In this document: in pieces, positions 24,441 to 36,863 of the stretch
Numbering within the stretch: position 1 is the stretch's first letter
Layout: each line of letters begins with the position of its first letter
Assembly (NCBI GenBank): GCA_001179505.1
Contig: CDMY01000236.1
Location: forward strand, 1-64,000
Source: Vitrella brassicaformis CCMP3155
Lineage: Eukaryota > Protista > Chromerida
Length of the DNA: 64,000 bases
Reading direction: 5' to 3'
The notes under the pieces: model-generated
The model's database searches: none
What the model was told of the DNA's origin: nothing
The model's input: the letters and a program-made list of their open reading frames with translations, nothing else
Translations under genes and position numbers: made by a program

Positions 24441-25883
24441 ATGTCGGCCTCTTCATCAGCCGGGCAGGAGCCACAGCCACCACAGCAGCAGGAGATGAAG
24501 ATAGAGAAGGTGGAGGCCCGCTTCCCGCCCAACACCAACAGTGCGACCAAGCGGCTCGTCCAGGGCATCATGCGCCGCACAATCACACCTGACGGCGTCC
24601 GGCAGCTCGTCCGCAAGGGGGCCAACCCTGCCGTCTGCATCGACCTCATCGACCTGGATGATCATGAGGAGTATCGGCTGCGTGTGTGTCTGCTGTCATT
24701 GGCCATCGACGACTGGAGCACTCCCACGGCACTCGAGGCCTTCATAGCTGTGGACCACAGCGGTGCACGGCTGGCGCTGCCGCTGTGGCCATCGCGTGGG
24801 ACGCAAGCGGCCATCCTGTCGGCTCTCATCCAGGAGGGCGTCGGGCTCAATGGGCCACCCAAGCCATCATCACCCACGCACGTCGAGACCACCAGGATCA
24901 CCATTGATGCATCAGCACGTCCTGGACGGATCACCAACGCTATGGCTCCCATCGAGGTGGCGGTGTGGGCAGGCAATGTGACGGCGGTCAAGACCCTCGT
25001 GGCCAACGGGGCGGCTCTGCAGCAAGGGCGGCCGCTGGCCTCCCTGCGAGATGGAGTGCGTTCCAGCGAGCAGTACGAGGCGGCCCTGATGGCCATCTAC
25101 ACCTACCTCGTCAAGCTCGACCCCTCCCTCTCCACCGAGGCGACGGCCAGTGACTGGAATGTCATCCATTCGGCAGCCAGTGCCGGTCCCATCTACTCGG
25201 AGGCCTTCATCCGCAGCTACCTGCAGCTGATGATGGACAACGGCGCCAGCATCACGGCCGCACAGCAGCCGCCGATGTTTCAGCCCCTGCATCGAGCAGC
25301 GTCCTCTTCGTCCCATCACGTCATCGAGTGGCTATGTCAACACCTCAGCCCCGCAGACATCAACACAGCCAGAGGGGGAGGAGTCCACCGGACGGCTTTG
25401 GGCATCGCTGCCCGCAGGGTCGCCCTCTGGCAGAGTCGACCCCCGTCCGAGCAGCGTGATGAGATGGTCAGCGGGATGCAGCGGGCCATCCGCACGCTGC
25501 TGACATCAGGAGCAGCCATCGACATGGTGCAGACGCCACAGCAGCTGCCACCCAACGCCGGGCAGATCTACCGAGCGGCGCACGGTGTGGTGTTGGCCGA
25601 GTACCTCACCGTGCTCAACGACGAGCTGCCGCAGGCCGTCATGGACGGCGTCAACGGCGCCCTCAGCCCCCAGCGTGACGCAGCCAACATGCTGACGCGG
25701 CTGCTGCCCCTCGCCCGCCCCTCCCCACCCGCCAACCCCACTGAGCCATCCACTGCTGCTGCAGCACATGCCCCTGCTGCCCCCTCCCCCTTCGCCATCA
25801 CGGATGCGACGGCCCAGGTGGCCTGGAAGATCGGCGCCTTTTTGCACGAGCCAGAGGCCGTCGACACACGGCGGGGGACATAG
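24441..25883 (+). pseudogene. Ankyrin-repeat protein, N-terminal part, truncated by transposon insertion
   Basis: Intronless 480-aa ORF with ankyrin-like repeats (APIEVAVWAGNVTAVKTLVANGA; QPLHRAASSSSHHVIEWL). The stop codon lies inside the element's left TIR. Confidence 0.85.
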
Positions 25884-28759
25884 AGTGAAAGGACATATTG
25901 TAAAAATCGATCGAATGAAGGCGATTTTTTCAAATTTTCAGCCATCATGTGGGAAGAACTGATCGAAATCGAAGCCAAAATCCAGCGGACTTTTTGAATC
26001 ACGCCTTAAAAGCTGATCGAAATCGGGCCTGGCCGAGGGCATGCGAAGTTTTTTTTTCAGTGCAACGCTGCATTCACGTTGTTAGGTGGCGGAGCTTGTG
26101 ATGTTCTTGCCACTGTGCTTCGAACATGAATGATATCCATCGCCAGATGCGAGCTGCAGAGACTGAAGCTCGCAGGTGGCAGCTTCATAGAAGTGTAGAT
26201 CTGTCGCCCCCCTTGTTTGATTCTTCGCTCCCACGCCATGGGCAAACAACAGAAAGGAAAGGGAGCGAAGAGGCGCGCTGCCAGCCCACCTGCCAATGAT
26301 GACGAGGAGAAGGAGGAGAAGAAGCACAAGATGGCATCGCAGAAGGATGAGGATGTGCCGATGACGGCACGCGAGGAACATCAAAAACTCAAGAAGTGGA
26401 CGTGGAGTCCAGAGATCTACGACTACGAACGGCGGAGGATGACCCCCGCGTTTGCGCAGAGGCAGGGGCCATTCACGTGGAGGGGGGGGGGGAGTGGATT
26501 GACTGCGCCTGCGGCCAGCCACTGTTGCAAGACGGGTCTGAAAGGCGGCATCGGGCAGCTCAACGATAGGCGTTCGGCCCACCAGAGGTCCGCGAGTTGA
26601 ATGCCCACAAGACATGGCGGCTGAAGCAGAGAAGGTATGCGGCCACTGAGCAGCACGTGGGTTGGGTGTCTGCACGTTCTTTCTCTCTGTGTATTACCCT
26701 TCTCAGGCTCGACAGGAGCGTCAGCAGAGGCGGGCCGGGGGCGAGGACGTGCCATCCCCCAGCCGCGCGGACGAGAGGGCGAGGATCGAAGAGGAGATCC
26801 GCTCCGAGCGTCCCCCACCCAAGCCCGCACCAGCTGCCTGTCAGCTCATCTCTGGTTTCTTCAGCAAAGGCAATAGCGGTACGCACGGACAAACCAACAT
26901 GGCACAGACACCAACAGTGACTAATGTGTTTGGTTCTGCTGGTGTATCTGTTGGTATGCAGTTAAGTCAAAGGGTAGACGTCACAGCCACCGTCCTCTTC
27001 TTCACGGGTCTGCGGTGCATGTCGTACATGACGCGAAAGGTGCGTGCATGTGTGCATTGCTGTGTTGCTGATTTGTGTGCGAAGGGATGTGTGCGTGTGT
27101 GTGTGTTTGTGTGTGTGTCTGTGTGTGATGCAGGACTTCAGCCCAGGCCTGTGCGTGGTGCTGTGTGGCGTGGCGTTCAGCATCCTGACGCGTGTGCAGG
27201 GCCTGCACGAGATCACCCTCGTCAACACCGTCATGTGTCTGGTGTCCAACATGTTCATCATCGTCCGCGATGACATCACCAACCCTGACCACGCCACCAC
27301 GATGGGCCTGGAGTTGCAGTTCGGATACCTGCGGCCGATCATGAACAGCAAGGGTTTAGGGTTAAGGGTTCATGTCCATCTACTTCCCCTGTTCATTCGC
27401 GACGACTTGCTTACAGGTGAGAATACGACGCACATCCACAGAGACAGATAGACAGACAGACAGACAGACAGGCTGATACCCCCACACGCATGTGCATCCA
27501 TCCATCCATCCATCCATCCATTTGTCGTGTCTGTGGCTATGTGTGTGCACAGGGAAGACGAAGTCGTATTTCGGTAACGAGAAGCTCTGTAGTTCAGAAA
27601 ATGGTCAGCTGCAACACAGGGCACATGTGCAACACAGACACATGCATTGTGCACAGAGTCGCCTCCACTCATGTGTGTGTGTGGTTCTTTTGTTAGTTGC
27701 GTGAGGTTGGTGAGGAGCGGGCGACGCCCCTTGTGCTGGCCACCTTCTCCAGGAAGTGGAAGAAGAACAGGGGAGGCGGGTGTGCCGGAAAATGGGAGCA
27801 GCTGCATCCGATGAAGGTGCCATCCGAGAACGAGATTCTGGCTCAGGTCAAGGCCAACGACAACACACCCGTCGGCAGCCAGGTCACCGAGTATCGTGCC
27901 CTTGTCACACTGCCACCCACCATCCATCACAACACGACACCACACGCGACACCCACACATTCTTGCATTCATCCATCGTCGATGTTTGCCTTGTCTGTTT
28001 CGTTGACGTGCAGGGTGGAGCTGACTCGGCTGCAGCACCGGTCCGTCTACGAGCCAGTGACGACAGGCGAGTCCAGCAGCTGGTGTTGTATGTGCCGTGC
28101 GCCGACTTTGCGATTGTCGACTCAGTCGGCTGGGAGGGCTTTGACTCGGACGCGGCCACATTGGTAGGGCATGAACACGGACCAGACACGTCAAGCGTTA
28201 ATGTCTGCTTCCTTGCCGTTCTGGATGTGTCTACGGCCTCAGGATGATTGACTAGCTCCGTCCTTCCACTTTGCAGGACTAGATGGGAGACTGGATGGGG
28301 TCCGTATGAGTGGCTGTGTGGCTGACTGTGTGGTGGGCCGTCTGTCTGTCTGTCTGTCTCTGGATGGATGGATGGATGCATAGCCGCAGACACGACATAT
28401 GAATGGATGGATGGATGGACGTGTGTGTGGGGGTATCTGTCTGTCTGTCTGTGTGTCTGTGTGTCTGTGACTTGTTGATAGTCATAGTTGATAGCAGCTG
28501 GGAGGGAAGACTCACAATCGCATATGATTCACCGCACTGCTTCAAGAACACATGTCTCACGTCCCCCCAATCCATAGAACTACCCAGACAGGCTACATCG
28601 GCACTCACGAGGCTATCTACAATCATACTTGAAAAGTGGATCGAAATCGAAAGGCTTCGGCAGGGATGGAGGATGATAGTAAGAGATCGATCGAATCGAA
28701 AGGCTCACAGACATATTATATGATACCTCTTTCGATTCCTCTCTATGTCCCCCGCCGTG
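25867..28759. mobile_element. 2893-bp TIR DNA transposon of unclassified superfamily, probably non-autonomous
   Basis: Perfect 19-bp TIRs CACGGCGGGGGACATAGAG (25867-25885) and CTCTATGTCCCCCGCCGTG (28741-28759), flanked by TCGACA at 25861-25866 and 28760-28765. An alternative reading is a 20-bp TIR with a 4-bp CGAC duplication. Removing the element restores the host ORF. Confidence 0.92.
26238..28247 (+). pseudogene. Degenerate intron-containing gene inside the transposon (possible transposase relic)
   Basis: Charged/basic N-terminus, CAC..H motif, poly-G frameshift and in-frame stop in exon 1, and a later exon ...TTMGLELQFGYLR. The frames cannot be joined into one intact product. Confidence 0.45.
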
Positions 28760-28765
28760 TCGACA

Positions 28766-29130
28766 CCATCACCCTCGGGCAGCCCGTGTTGGCCAACCGC
28801 ATCAAGAGGGCCATGCAGCACTTCGTCAAGTGCGCAGCCACCAAGACGGCCGGCAATCAGGAGGTCATCGGCCCCATGGCCAATGTGGGCGGCCGGGTGG
28901 TGCGGGTGCCCCTCCAGTGCTTCGCCATCAGAGAGGGGACGAGTGTGCGCCGGTTGGGTCTGCGTGAGGTGGTGCACAGGGCTCGGCTGGACGAGGCGGC
29001 CCGGTATGGGCTGACTGGTGTGGTCAAGGGCTTCAAGAGCCACCTAGGGAATGACGACTGTCAGCTCGGTTGGGGTCAGTTGGGGTGGGTCAATGAGATC
29101 GGCCTATTCCAGCCGCTGGGCATCAACTAG
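28766..29130 (+). pseudogene. Ankyrin-repeat gene, C-terminal part after the transposon
   Basis: In frame with 24441-25866 once the element and one TSD are removed (...HEPEAVDTITLGQPVLANRIKRAMQHF...); 1791 nt, 596 aa. Confidence 0.88.
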
Positions 29131-29694
29131 CCGGCCGAGGGCACCATCATGGTGTAGCAGACAGGGAGAGTGAGAGAAAGAGAGGGGAGGGATGGGATGG
29201 GATGCATAGGCAGGTGATGCCTATCGCTGTTTACAGTAGTGCTGCCATGCGTAGGTAGAGTGAGTGTGACGGTCTCAGAGAGGCCAGGCCGTGTGTGCAT
29301 GTCTACTATGTGATTAGTCAGTATGTGTGTTCAGTCAGTCAGTCAGTCAGCCGATGCCATGCGGCGCACTCACTGTCATGGCATGTGACTGTAGTTTAGT
29401 AGCTCCCCACCCGCTCGTGCGTGTTTCTGACACGAGTGCTGTGTGGTGTGACATGTCTCTGCGATTGACGTCTCTTGCCCGGCTGCTACACAGCCAAGCT
29501 CACTCTTATCCCAACCCTCACCGTGTCAGCCACAGCTACAGCCAAGAAGAAAGCTTGGTTGCAGAATCGTTCAATCCACTCATAAATGCACCACTACGTC
29601 TTCACTCCCTCATTTGCAGTGACACCAATCCAAGCCGAAAACATATGCACATATACCATAGCGTTCATCTCAGACAGACCTGTCAAGCTCACGA

Positions 29695-30780
29695 CTAGCT
29701 GACTACGCAGCACTTCTCCATCTCTATGAGCTCGAATGACCGCAGCAACCGCCGGAGCGAAGGCATCGTCACGGGAAAGCACTCGTCCATCCGTGCCTCA
29801 TAATCAGCAGCGGAACGTGCAGGCGACTCGGTCGTGATCAGGTGCATGCTGCCACCCGAGATCAACAGCCAAGCGGCGACAGTGTCGCCTGGTCGAAAGC
29901 CGCTCACAACCACAAGATGCAGGGCAGTTGGATTTGCAGCATTTAGATCCCCGCCGTCTTCCAAACAGTCGACCGCGATGCCCAGCTGCTCCGGGATGTC
30001 GTCTGTGATCAGCGACCGATACCGCTCACCCGTCTCGTCGATCTGTGCATTAAAAATGACCGGGTGCTGATGGGTCCAGTCGAAACAGATGTTGTGCAGC
30101 AGATACGACGAGAAAGTGCGGTACAACCCTCCACCCGCGCGGATGACCGGATCTCCTCTCTTGTAGCCCTCAGCGTAGGGGTGGCCGCCCGGCAGCTCAC
30201 CCAAAGGCACCACGTCAAAAGTGTGGTAGTGGGTGCCGATCCAGTAGTCGCCGCCATCGGCCTGGTCCACAGGCTCCACAGCCAGGGAATCTCCTCGGAA
30301 TGTCAGTTGGTGGCCGATCGCCCTGAGGATGGCCATTGCAAATGGCAATCTGCGGAAGCCCCACACGCTGTTGGGCACCGAGAGCACCAGCGGCAGGTCG
30401 GTGGCGGCATTGGCCATCCCATGGATGGCCGCTAGTCTGATGAACTGCCCGATAAACCGCCACCCATCAATGCCCTGCCCAAAGAAGTAGACGGTCTTGA
30501 AGGCCCCCTCCAGGTCACTGACGGTCAAAAATAAGGCATCCTGCAGGCCCCGACGGCTCAACGTCTCCTCTATATGCTGCTGGACGAGCCTCAGCATCGT
30601 GTCCACATCATCAGGGGAGCCATCGGTGATCTGTGAGTGGAGAGTGTGGCGCTGCCGGCTGTCTGTCGACATGGCCATGGCAGCGGCCTTCTTGATTGTG
30701 AGCGTGAGGAGGGATGGGAGGGGAGGAGGGCCCGGGGGCTCGCGATTGACATGCTGAGCGGGATGAGGCCGGGACGCCAT
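29695..30780 (-). CDS. Intronless hypothetical protein (361 aa)
   Basis: Long ORF with natural globular composition and coding-like codon use; no recognised domain. Confidence 0.7.
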   Translation of the reverse strand: MASRPHPAQHVNREPPGPPPLPSLLTLTIKKAAAMAMSTDSRQRHTLHSQITDGSPDDVDTMLRLVQQHIEETLSRRGLQDALFLTVSDLEGAFKTVYFFGQGIDGWRFIGQFIRLAAIHGMANAATDLPLVLSVPNSVWGFRRLPFAMAILRAIGHQLTFRGDSLAVEPVDQADGGDYWIGTHYHTFDVVPLGELPGGHPYAEGYKRGDPVIRAGGGLYRTFSSYLLHNICFDWTHQHPVIFNAQIDETGERYRSLITDDIPEQLGIAVDCLEDGGDLNAANPTALHLVVVSGFRPGDTVAAWLLISGGSMHLITTESPARSAADYEARMDECFPVTMPSLRRLLRSFELIEMEKCCVVS

Positions 30781-32194
30781 CAGACTCCCAACTGAGGGCC
30801 TGCGGGCACCACAGACGAAAAGAAGCCGGTAATTGGTCTATTTTCCTCTTCTTCTCTTGGTGTTTCTCCCCACCTTCGATGGATCAGTGCTCTGAAGCTT
30901 CAGAGAGAAGAAATACGCCTGCACAATGCCATCCGAGCCATAAATGCATGTGGAGACGAAAACAAGTCACAAACGCATCTGTGCTGGTATTCTTGCTCAC
31001 CAAATGTCGTTCAATCCCCCTTTTCCTTCTCCCTTTCGCCGGCCTTTCGCCTTTCCTTTCTCGAAGCTCGCAGCTAAGCTCGCAGACGGGAAGGGGAAGA
31101 AAAGGAAAAAAGGACCCGAGCGGCGTCCACGCACTCAGTATGAACGGCTACCTGCGGTCTTTTCGCATCTGCGCTGGTAACCGTCCACGGAAAGATCTGC
31201 AGTGACTGCGTTATCTGCAGCCACGTGTGCGTGCGTGTGTGTGTGTGTGTGTGCATCAGCTGCAGCATGATCCCGCTGCTGCATGAACCTGCGCGACGGG
31301 GCCGCAGTAAGGGCAGCAGAAGCCGGCTCCGAGTCAGCGGGCGGGAACATAGGGAGAGGGAGACAGTCAGTCGTGGCCGCATGAGGACGGCGGCGCTAGA
31401 GAAATGGGCCATGACAGACTGATGCTGTGCTGATGTGTTTCTCAAAGTGAGGGATTCATTTGGAGGGTTGCATAAGGGCCGACCGGGGCAGTCTGTCTGT
31501 GTGGTTGTATGCTGCTCGGGGCTCCTAAGTGCTGTGCAGTCGGTTTTGTGTTGCGTGAGGGGCAGTAGCTCAATCTAGTCTCATTCTAGTCTCCATTTAG
31601 TCTCATATTTCATAGATACATACCTGTCAGCCGTTTGAGTCCCTTGCCTTGCCTGTCTTGCCTGAACAAGGCGTTGCTGGTCTTTATCCCTTCCCTGTCC
31701 CTTCCTTCTTTGCTGTGTGAGTGTGCGTGGGTGTGTGTTGGGCTGACCCCTTTTCGTGTACGCACAGTACGTGATGGACATGTGTGTGCACATGGCCTTC
31801 ATGGTGTGGGCTCGTCTTTGTCTTTAACGAGCGTCCCGTCGCAGTGTGTCTATTGTGGACGACGATTTCTGCTGGCCAATTGCTGCTGGCCGTGCTTGAG
31901 GCTGTTCATGCCTGCCTGCCTGCCTGCCTGCCGTGTAGCGATTGGTGTGTGTGTTGGCTGGTCCCTCCCTCCCTGTTTCTCGCCAATCAATCGCGGCGAT
32001 CTGAGGGAGGGAGGGAGGGAGGTACAATCAAGTAGCTACGGACAGGCTGTGCCTGTTGATGGACGATGGTCTGCTGTGACGCACATCGAGTTTCGTCTGT
32101 CATTGATTCACGTGTCCCCCACGACCGTCACAAAACCCAACCCGAGTGCACACGCCCGACACTTAGGGAAGCAAGCAGTCCCCGTACCTACCCC

Positions 32195-33380
32195 CTACGA
32201 CATGAAAGCGGCCAAGCGCACAACCCACTTGCCCCAGCTCTCGTCCCCCCTGCCACCCATTCTGTCCTTTTCGATGGCCACCGAAGACGTCAGCTGCTGG
32301 CGGGTGTGTAGCTCCTGGGCAGCCGTGAAGCGCGGCAGGTGCATCACATCGCGCTCGTCGAGAGGCCCATGCGCCCATGGGACGCGCACCGGGGGAAGGG
32401 TGTGTGGGGGAGGATAGGTGGTGGCGTATGTCAGCACGGCCCGGCTGGCCGTGGGGATCTTGCGACGAAACACACCACTCCCACCTTGCTGCAGGCAGAC
32501 ACAGAAAGATATCAATAAATGAACAGCGGGGCTGTCAATGCATTCATTCTTTACCGGCTGCTCTTTCACATTCGCCCGCGCCTTCGTGTCCTTCGTCTCG
32601 CCCTTCCTTGGCCCGCAGAAGAAGCCCCAGAACGAGCTGGGCTGCTTGGTCCCTTTGGCTTTCATGCTCCTCTCTGTCTGCAGCTTCTTCGCATGCACCT
32701 CTTCCATAGCCGCCTGGCCCTCCTTCATCGCCCTGTCGGGTTTCTTCGTTTCTCTCGTATCTTCAGTGTTCGCTCCCCGCCTGATGTCCTCCTTCTCGTC
32801 CTTCCTGGGTGCAGAGAAGAATCCCCAGAGTGAGCCGGGCCGGTCGGGCGGGTTGGTCCCTTTGGCTCTGCCTCGCTGGCGTATGAGCAGCGGCTCGCGG
32901 TACGGAAACCCTGAGCCGACATCCTCGTGGGTGGCACCCTTGATCTCAGTGCATGCCCTCCTGAGGCCCTCAGTGGCAACGGTGGTCACCCTGATGTCGT
33001 CAAATGCACCGCCTTTGCGGGGACAGGCGACAGCGGCTCCAGCTGCTGAAGACGTCTGCGGGTGCCGTGTCTCTCGGTGCGCCATGGTTTTCTTGTGCTC
33101 CGCCATCGAGAGTGGCGCTATGGTGCGGTGCTGGTAGTCCCTCAGGCTTTGGCTGTCCAGCTGCGCGAGGTGCGGGCAGTCCTCTTGGAGGATCTCGTCC
33201 ATCAGCTCATCCCCCAACACCTTGATTCGAAGACAAAGGAGAGAGAGCAACACGATCATGCGGGGACGCTCGCCTCGTTCCTGTGCCACCCATGCATTGT
33301 TCATTCCTGTGCCTCTCACCATTCGTGGCGGGAGGTATGTGCCCAGATTCTCATTAGCGACGCCAGAACCGGGATGACCA
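32195..33380. repeat. Diverged inverted duplicate of 37686-39363
   Basis: Long near-identical stretches with substitutions and indels (e.g. QEDCPHLAQLDSQSLRDYQHR on both strands), including the introns. Confidence 0.9.
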
Positions 33381-36300
33381 TCGGCTGCTCGAGCACTCGT
33401 CACTTTGATGTCGTCAAATGCACCGCCTTGGCCACACACAGCGTCGAACACTTTCCCAGTGCTGCACCAAACGCCACACACATGCGATCAATGCACATAT
33501 ACTTCTCTGGCCCCATTGATTTGCTGTGTGGTCATTAGCTTACTGTCCGCTGCCGACTTCCTCGCCCATCTGGTAGATGTCATTGATATCGGCGGCCGAC
33601 TGGATCAATGAATGCTCACTGCGATGCGGCTGAGGCACCAGCCCCCAAACCTGACCCCCATTGGCGGTCGGAGAGTCGCCTACACTGCCTGGTGAGGGGT
33701 AGGGCTGGGGAGGGGGGCAGCTACACATGTCAGCGGGGTCGGTGACGTCCGTGCCCTCACGGTCCCCCTCAGCGATGGTCTCGAGACCTCCGGCGCCGAA
33801 GCCCTTCTGCTCCCGCAGCCGATAGCCCCTCTGCCGCCCATCAGTCAGTGTCCCGGATGAGGGCGATGGCCTCAACCATTCCTGAGCCGTCTTGTCCGAG
33901 CGATTACAGGGCTGCGAAGCTCGGTCTGCATTGTTCTCTGGCTGCTGGTGTGCACTGACGACGCTGCCGTCACCAGCAGTCGGACTCCCCAAACCACACG
34001 CTAGAGACAGCGAGACAAAGAAATAGGAGAGAGACACACACAAAGAGAGGCGAAGCTGACTGACTTCAGCGGTCACTCTGTCTGTGTCTGTGTTGGGGCG
34101 TTGTGGGAGCCTACCCTGCTGTTGTTGGATGTGCGGTGTGCTGCTGAAGTTGGCCACATTGGGCGGGCCAGTCAGGTTGCGCTCTGCACACAACATAATA
34201 TGTAACACATCACATGACAGATACAGAATCATCTCTGGTGGTCTGGTGTGATGGGGTGGGGTGGCGTACCTGACATACCAGCAGTCCCGCCAGCCAGGTG
34301 GGTGGGGCTCAGCGGCTGGCTCCCATCCGCCGCCCTCTCCCCTCCCACAACGTCCTCACACCCACGGAAATCCCCCCATCCGTCGTCCTCATCACTAGCT
34401 TCGACTACCACCTCGTCGGGCCCGGCGTCATGCAAATCGTTGTGTGGGCTGGCCTTGGGAGGATGGGAGGGCTGGGGAGGGTGGCAGCTACACAGCCGAG
34501 CGGGGTCGGTGACGTCCGTGCCCTCACGGCCCCCCTCAGCGATGGTCTCGAGACCTCCGGCGCCGAAGCCCTTCTGCTCCCGCAGCCGATAGCCCCTCTG
34601 CCGCCCATCTGTCAGTGTCCCGGGTGAGGGCGATGACGCCAGCGATTCCTGAGCCGTCTTGTTGGAGCGATTAGAGCGCTTCAAAGCTCGGTCTGCATTG
34701 TGGTCCGGCTGCTGGTGTGCACTGACGACGCCGTCACCAACAGTCGGACTCCCCAAAACCACAACATATGGGTTGTCCACGGGGGAGCTCTCGGGGGGCG
34801 ACATGGTTGGCCCAAACCACGGGTGATCCAACGCCTCTTGAGCTGACACAACACACACATCACACATGCATGACAGACACCGGAAATGTCTCGCAAGGTA
34901 CCCAGGTGGGAGAGCTCCTGTCTCTGTGCGATCTACCTGAGGACAGTCTGTCGTTGGGGTAGTAGGTGAGGAGGCGGCTGACGAGGTCGGTGGCCGCCGG
35001 GAAACGCTGCACCACGGCATCCTCGAACTTGACACCCTGACACACGCGCGGGCAGACGAATCCGTTGTGTGTGTATAGGGCGTCCCTCTCGTACTCATTC
35101 ATTCTTACCTGTCTGAGGACCCTTCGCACTTCCCGGTTGCTTTTGCAGTTGGACACGTCAAAGGGGAAATGGCCGTCGATCAACACATAGCTGAATGAGA
35201 TGAGCACACACACAGAGAGGGGGGCGAGATATGGATGGTCTGATTGGATCGGTATCTCGATGTCTCTCGCAGTTTACTTACAGGATGACGCCGCATCCCC
35301 AGAGGTCTGACGCCTGGGTGTACTGACCCTTGTAACACTCAGGCGCCTGCACACACACACACAGCCAGCCACAGACAGACATCTTCCCCACTGTCTGCCC
35401 GTTGCTGCTGTCTTGCCTTCCTTGTTGGTTGCGTACCATGTACTCTCTTGTGCCGACTACAGAGATCTCTCCCTCCTTCTCGACGGTCTTGGGGGAGTCG
35501 GCTCGGTCGATGAACATGCACATATCGAAGTCCAGGAGCACCACCTGGCCTCCATTCCGAGGCCGGTCCTGGAATATCACATTGTCAAGCTTGATATCAC
35601 GATGCAGAAGCTGACAGATCAACGCACACATCCACAAATCACACATACGGAGAGATGGAGGAGTGAGCTCGGTGGGGGGAGGGAGACACGTGCAGGTGGG
35701 CCACCCATCCCTCCCTTCATTGCCCCACCCACTTACCCTATGCTCATGCAGGTGTCGGACAGCAGCGAGTATGTTCTTCATGATCCGCTTGCAGTCCGCT
35801 TCCGGGATGCCGCCCGGCTCGAACGACAGCACAAACTCGACCAGGTCGGGCCCCTTGCACTTCTCCATGACAATGTAGAAGTGCTCGGGGTCCTCCAACA
35901 CCTCACGGATCTTGACCAGGTTGGGGTGGCCGCGCCGAACTATGAAGTCGTAGATGTCGCGGAAGTACGACTCGTTCGCAACCAACCTGGATGGACAGAA
36001 TGAGAGACGCAATCAGAGAGAGCGTATGTGTCCAGGGAGATGGATGTTGCACGGGTGTGTGTGTGTGTGTTGGTGGCGTGTACTTCTGCCGTGTCTTGTG
36101 GATGCACTTGATGGCGTGCTGCTGGTTGGTCCGCCGGCACACGGCGTCAAACACCACCGCAGTGCTGCACCATACCAAACAGCACACACACACCACACAT
36201 CATCGGTGTCTCGCCCCCTGCTGTGCTGGGCTGTGCTGTGCTGTGCACTATGTGCTCATTAGCTTACTATCCGCTGCCGAGTTTCTCGTTCATCTGGTAG

Positions 36301-36863
36301 ATGTCGTTGATGTCGGCAACCGACTGGATCAGGGTCGGCTCCCTGCGATATGGCTGAGGCACCAGCCCCCCGGCCTGACCCCCATTGGTCATGCTGCTAG
36401 CAGTGCTCGTCGGCGAGTCGCCTGCGCTTCCTGGCGAGGGGGAGGGCGGGGGAGGGGGGTAGCGCGGCACTGGCGGCACGCTGAACGGATGGGACATGTG
36501 CGGGGGGACGGTGGTGGGGATGCCAGAGGGGTGGGCGAAGGACTGTGGCTCAGACGGTTGGAAGGAGGACGACGGCTGCTGTTGGTGCTGTTGGTGGGAG
36601 GGAGCCGGGTGTGAGCTGGATCTTGGGGTGCTGGTCTGCATGGGCGCAGGTCCGTTTGGCGCGAAGGGTCCGCCCTGGGCTCCGCCTGCCGCTAAAGTGA
36701 GTGGAGAGGGAGACGGTGGGCTGCGGGACATGTTGGTGTTGTGCGAGTTATTGTGGCTGGGTCCTGAGCTGCTCCCTGATCCACTCGAGGCTCCTCCACT
36801 ACCATGCGGGACGGCTGCCTGACTTGGGCCGACCTGACGCGATGACGGGGCGGATGTGGCCAT
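32195..36863 (-). CDS. CAMK-like Ser/Thr kinase (DFD motif) with long chimeric C-terminal extension
   Basis: Spliced motifs LGSGYTAVV, HAIKCIHK, HPNLVKI, HRDIKLDN, LLDFDMC, GTREYMAPE, DLWGCGVIL, ALDHPWF. The kinase part (36863 to ~34800) is secure. In-phase junctions at 34278/34001, 33543/33462 and 33319/33221 extend it to the stop at 32195. Confidence 0.75.
33731..33996. repeat. Diverged direct duplicate of 34500-34762 (kinase tail exon)
   Basis: Both encode GTLTDGRQRGYRLREQKGFGAGGLETIAEG. Confidence 0.9.

Noticed and set aside
25867-28759. Assigning the element to hAT, CACTA or Transib
   Set aside because: TSD length (6 or 4 bp) and termini do not match cleanly, and no intact transposase is present to classify.
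30800-32190. Several short ORFs in the intergenic stretch
   Set aside because: Low-complexity, microsatellite-derived translations with no coding signal.
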